Origin: Haplodiscus bocki
Lineage: Eukaryota
Length of the DNA: 64,000 nt
Direction of reading: 5' to 3'
Assembly: GCA_965655095.1 (NCBI GenBank)
Contig: OZ296657.1
Span: forward strand, 45,384,001 to 45,448,000
Made by a program: the position numbers and the translations under genes. Below are positions 61,150-64,000 of the stretch, one piece after another (within the stretch, counting starts at the first letter, position 1; every line of letters begins with the position of its first letter). The notes beneath the pieces are model-generated. The model was given only the letters and a program-made list of their open reading frames with translations, did not search any database and was not told the origin of the DNA.

Positions 61150-64000
61150 GATGTCTTTTTATGAAGCCTTTGCCCTAACTTACTGTATCTACTATTACTT
61201 GGGAGATAAAGATTTAGAACAGCAATTTGTAGGCGGTTTGCATCTAGAATATATGTTATTACTTCCTTTCGCTATGAGATACAGCTATAAATTTCTCATG
61301 ATAGAAATGAAGGAGATGAAGGGCCAGACCAGCACTCAAATTGTTTGTGGTGAAAACTTAACACCTGAAAGCATCAAGTATACAAAAGCACCAACAAGAG
61401 AATGACTCGTCGTCTTCCGTGATGACGCCATGGTGCTCTGGCAAAGTCTTAACAATGATACGGTCATGGCGCTAATGAAACGTCCTTTCAAGGTTCAAGA
61501 GAGTATGCCCGAGAATACTGAAGTGATCGCAGGATACAAATGGTACCAACTTATAAACCAGCAAAAAAATTCATTCAATAATTTATTGAAGAAAATGTAA
61601 ACAGGAAATCACTCATTTGGCAACAAGGAAAACCAATATGTCAACGCTTCCTCTTCTGGAATCTTCAATTACAATTTGAATTTGAGCAAAGCATAGCTGG
61701 CAAAACCAACACCACCAAGGAAGAGAATGAAAACTTCATGCACAGTCGACTCCAATACCATCATTTACTCCCAAAATTACAACTGCAACCGTTCAAACAA
61801 ATGTCACTGGATACGCACAAACGACCAGAAGAACGATGTTATCCAAGCTAACCGTCATTTTTCTCCATAGCCACAAGATAGCCAAAAAACCGCCGTATGC
61901 ATATCCAAGCAGCAGGAAGATGCGGTGCAGTGACAACAAAGGACCGAAGAAACAGACACGAGAGACCGGAAAGCAACCAAAAATTGATTTGTCATAACTG
62001 ATGAAACATTGGGTGTTCCTTAGTGACTGTTGACACCGAAAAAACGCTTCTTCAATCTACCATTGCACATCACAAACAAGACAGAAGCTGAAAAAAGATG
62101 ACTTCAAAAAAGAGTTTGAACGCAAACAACAAGGACACTACGCGACCAAGATCGTACAGGAAGAAAGAAGCAGACTCTTCCTCAGTCAAAGAATAAGAGA
62201 AGGTTGATTCTCTATCAAAAACGCCCGCTTCCTGCCTAATGAAACTGTCGAGCGCGCAAATGAAGTCATGTTTGAAATGTTTTGTGAAAACACTCCAGCA
62301 TGTTGAAAACTCACTCAAGTTCTGGGACATGGGCAAGATATCGGCACTCTCCTTTCGAAAAACCCACATCAAGGTGAAATATCTGAATAACTCAAGTGTC
62401 ACCCTACAATTGTCTGTTCACGCCTACAACCAGTCAAAGTGGAAACCAGTCCACTCAAGATCTAGTTGATAAAAAAATTCGCGTCACCCTAAGTGTAAAC
62501 AAAACATGAATCCAGCAAAATTTAATCAGCTTTAGCGACGATTTACGAGACAAAAGCCAGACGATACTGACACTCAAGAAACTGAACGGAACAACAGATT
62601 GTGAATTTGAAAGTTATTAATTTCGGTCACTGATTTCGACTTTACATATAAACAAAAGTAATCGTGTGTTGTCTATACCGCCTGAGGTTAAACAATGTGA
62701 AAAGATTGGCTGACTCGATAAAAGCGCAGTCCAGGGCGCTCCGCAAAATCTTCAATAGCCACCCTTCTGTTTACTTAAAAGTACCACCCCAACGCAGAAG
62801 GCAAGTGCCTTTGCGAATTTTTATAGCGGGCAAAGTGTTTGACGATACATTCATGGTAACTCCAACAATGGGTACCATCCTTACCGTTGTGTCTTTTCCA
62901 AGGAAAATACGCAGTGACTCCTGACATTTGTCCAGCTCTCGAATATGTCAACAACTGAAGCATGCGAAAGGCAAATTTAAGTGTGACAAGAGTTGACTAT
63001 GTGCAGCAGAGAAGTTGATCCTTCTCCCCTTTCTCACGTTTCAAGTGTGAACGAATGCAGAATTGGGCACGTCACAATGACCAGTTGAAGCAACACGCTC
63101 TCCCAGCCGAAACAAATCTTTACTTGTGACAACCTCATTGATTGAGCGAGATCACAATCGGACGGACATACCGGTTACCAACCCTCAAGACCACACGTAT
63201 ACGGCCAAACAATGTGCAGTGTCGGCAAACTTCATTGTTCTTTTGCCCAATCAAGCCAAACACGAACCAAAGCCACCAGAACAACTCACTTCTTGAGTCA
63301 GTTACCGGATGATACACGTCAGGTCATACACCGACTGTTGCATGAACTCGCCCATACAGACGACCACTGATGGTAAACAACACCAAATTCTTGCTATTAA
63401 ACAGACACAACGCGCTGTAACTCAAGCCATACGATAAGACAATGGAACTCAAGACACAAGAGAAGCTGGATCCGAACAAGTCACATCAACAACGATTGTT
63501 CCGGGGTTCTATTGGGTTAACTTTCATTTGAATGAGTACGAAAAGACGGCGTGGACAATACTGGTTAGCTTTTTTCAATTTGTTCTTGACAACGCTCAGA
63601 TATAAAAAGTACCGGTGTTAGATTACAGCCAAAGTGTGATGACCCGGTAGAACCTGAAAGCTTGCCAATATCGACCAACAAAAGAGTTGCTCGATCTTGC
63701 TTCAATGCAAAATATATAGTATTTACCGCCCTATTTTTCAACAAAACTTCAGTTTTCGCTCTTTGAAAAACCTAACAGTTGAAAAAGACTGGTTTTTGAC
63801 CTGAGACGCATCAGCAATTTAATAGAACTCGAATTGGGTGGCTGCAAGGAACAAAACCACCCAATTATTACGTAGCAGACGCCGCCCAAGACAAAAATGG
63901 AGTGAATTTTTTTTGAACTAGACTTCAGAAGCCTGACACTGCTAACAGATGGCTCACGAACAGTCCATACAACACCTTTAATTTCTACTCAGGGGCATTT
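61150..64000 (+). mobile_element. Highly decayed Ty3/Gypsy gag-pol remnant, continues past the window end
   Basis: RT N-terminal motifs at 63740-64000: SVFAL*KPNS*KRLVFDLRRIS, NHPIIT, ADAAQ, HC*QMAHEQSIQ. Upstream gag-like low-complexity remnants. Confidence 0.7.

Overview
AT-rich, repeat-dominated eukaryotic DNA, probably animal (metazoan-type U2 snRNA, GT-AG introns); the host cannot be named from sequence alone. Most of the window is decayed mobile DNA. In order: an old BEL/Pao LTR retrotransposon (0.6-6.0 kb); a ~14 kb inverted duplication of a dead Polinton/Maverick-type pPolB region (9.4-23.3 kb); a LINE RT fragment; a minus-strand Ty3/Gypsy element (28.0-36.3 kb) with accessory ORFs and two coiled-coil + J-domain (HPD) ORFs apparently inside a ~2.3 kb LTR, joined head-to-head to a second partial copy; a PHD/zinc-knuckle/APE LINE (38-42 kb); a 5'-truncated RT+RLE retrotransposon (Utopia-like) with an uninterrupted reading frame, splitting a U2 snRNA gene (45.46-48.19 kb); a spliced single-TM coiled-coil host gene (about 50-56.7 kb) with an internally deleted FLYWCH/Mutator transposon in an intron; a short-unit tandem repeat around an N gap; and another decayed Gypsy running off the end. 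Top candidates are the J-domain-carrying Gypsy LTR and the U2-targeted element. Boundaries of decayed elements are approximate (by-eye alignment), and most short ORFs in the track are noise.
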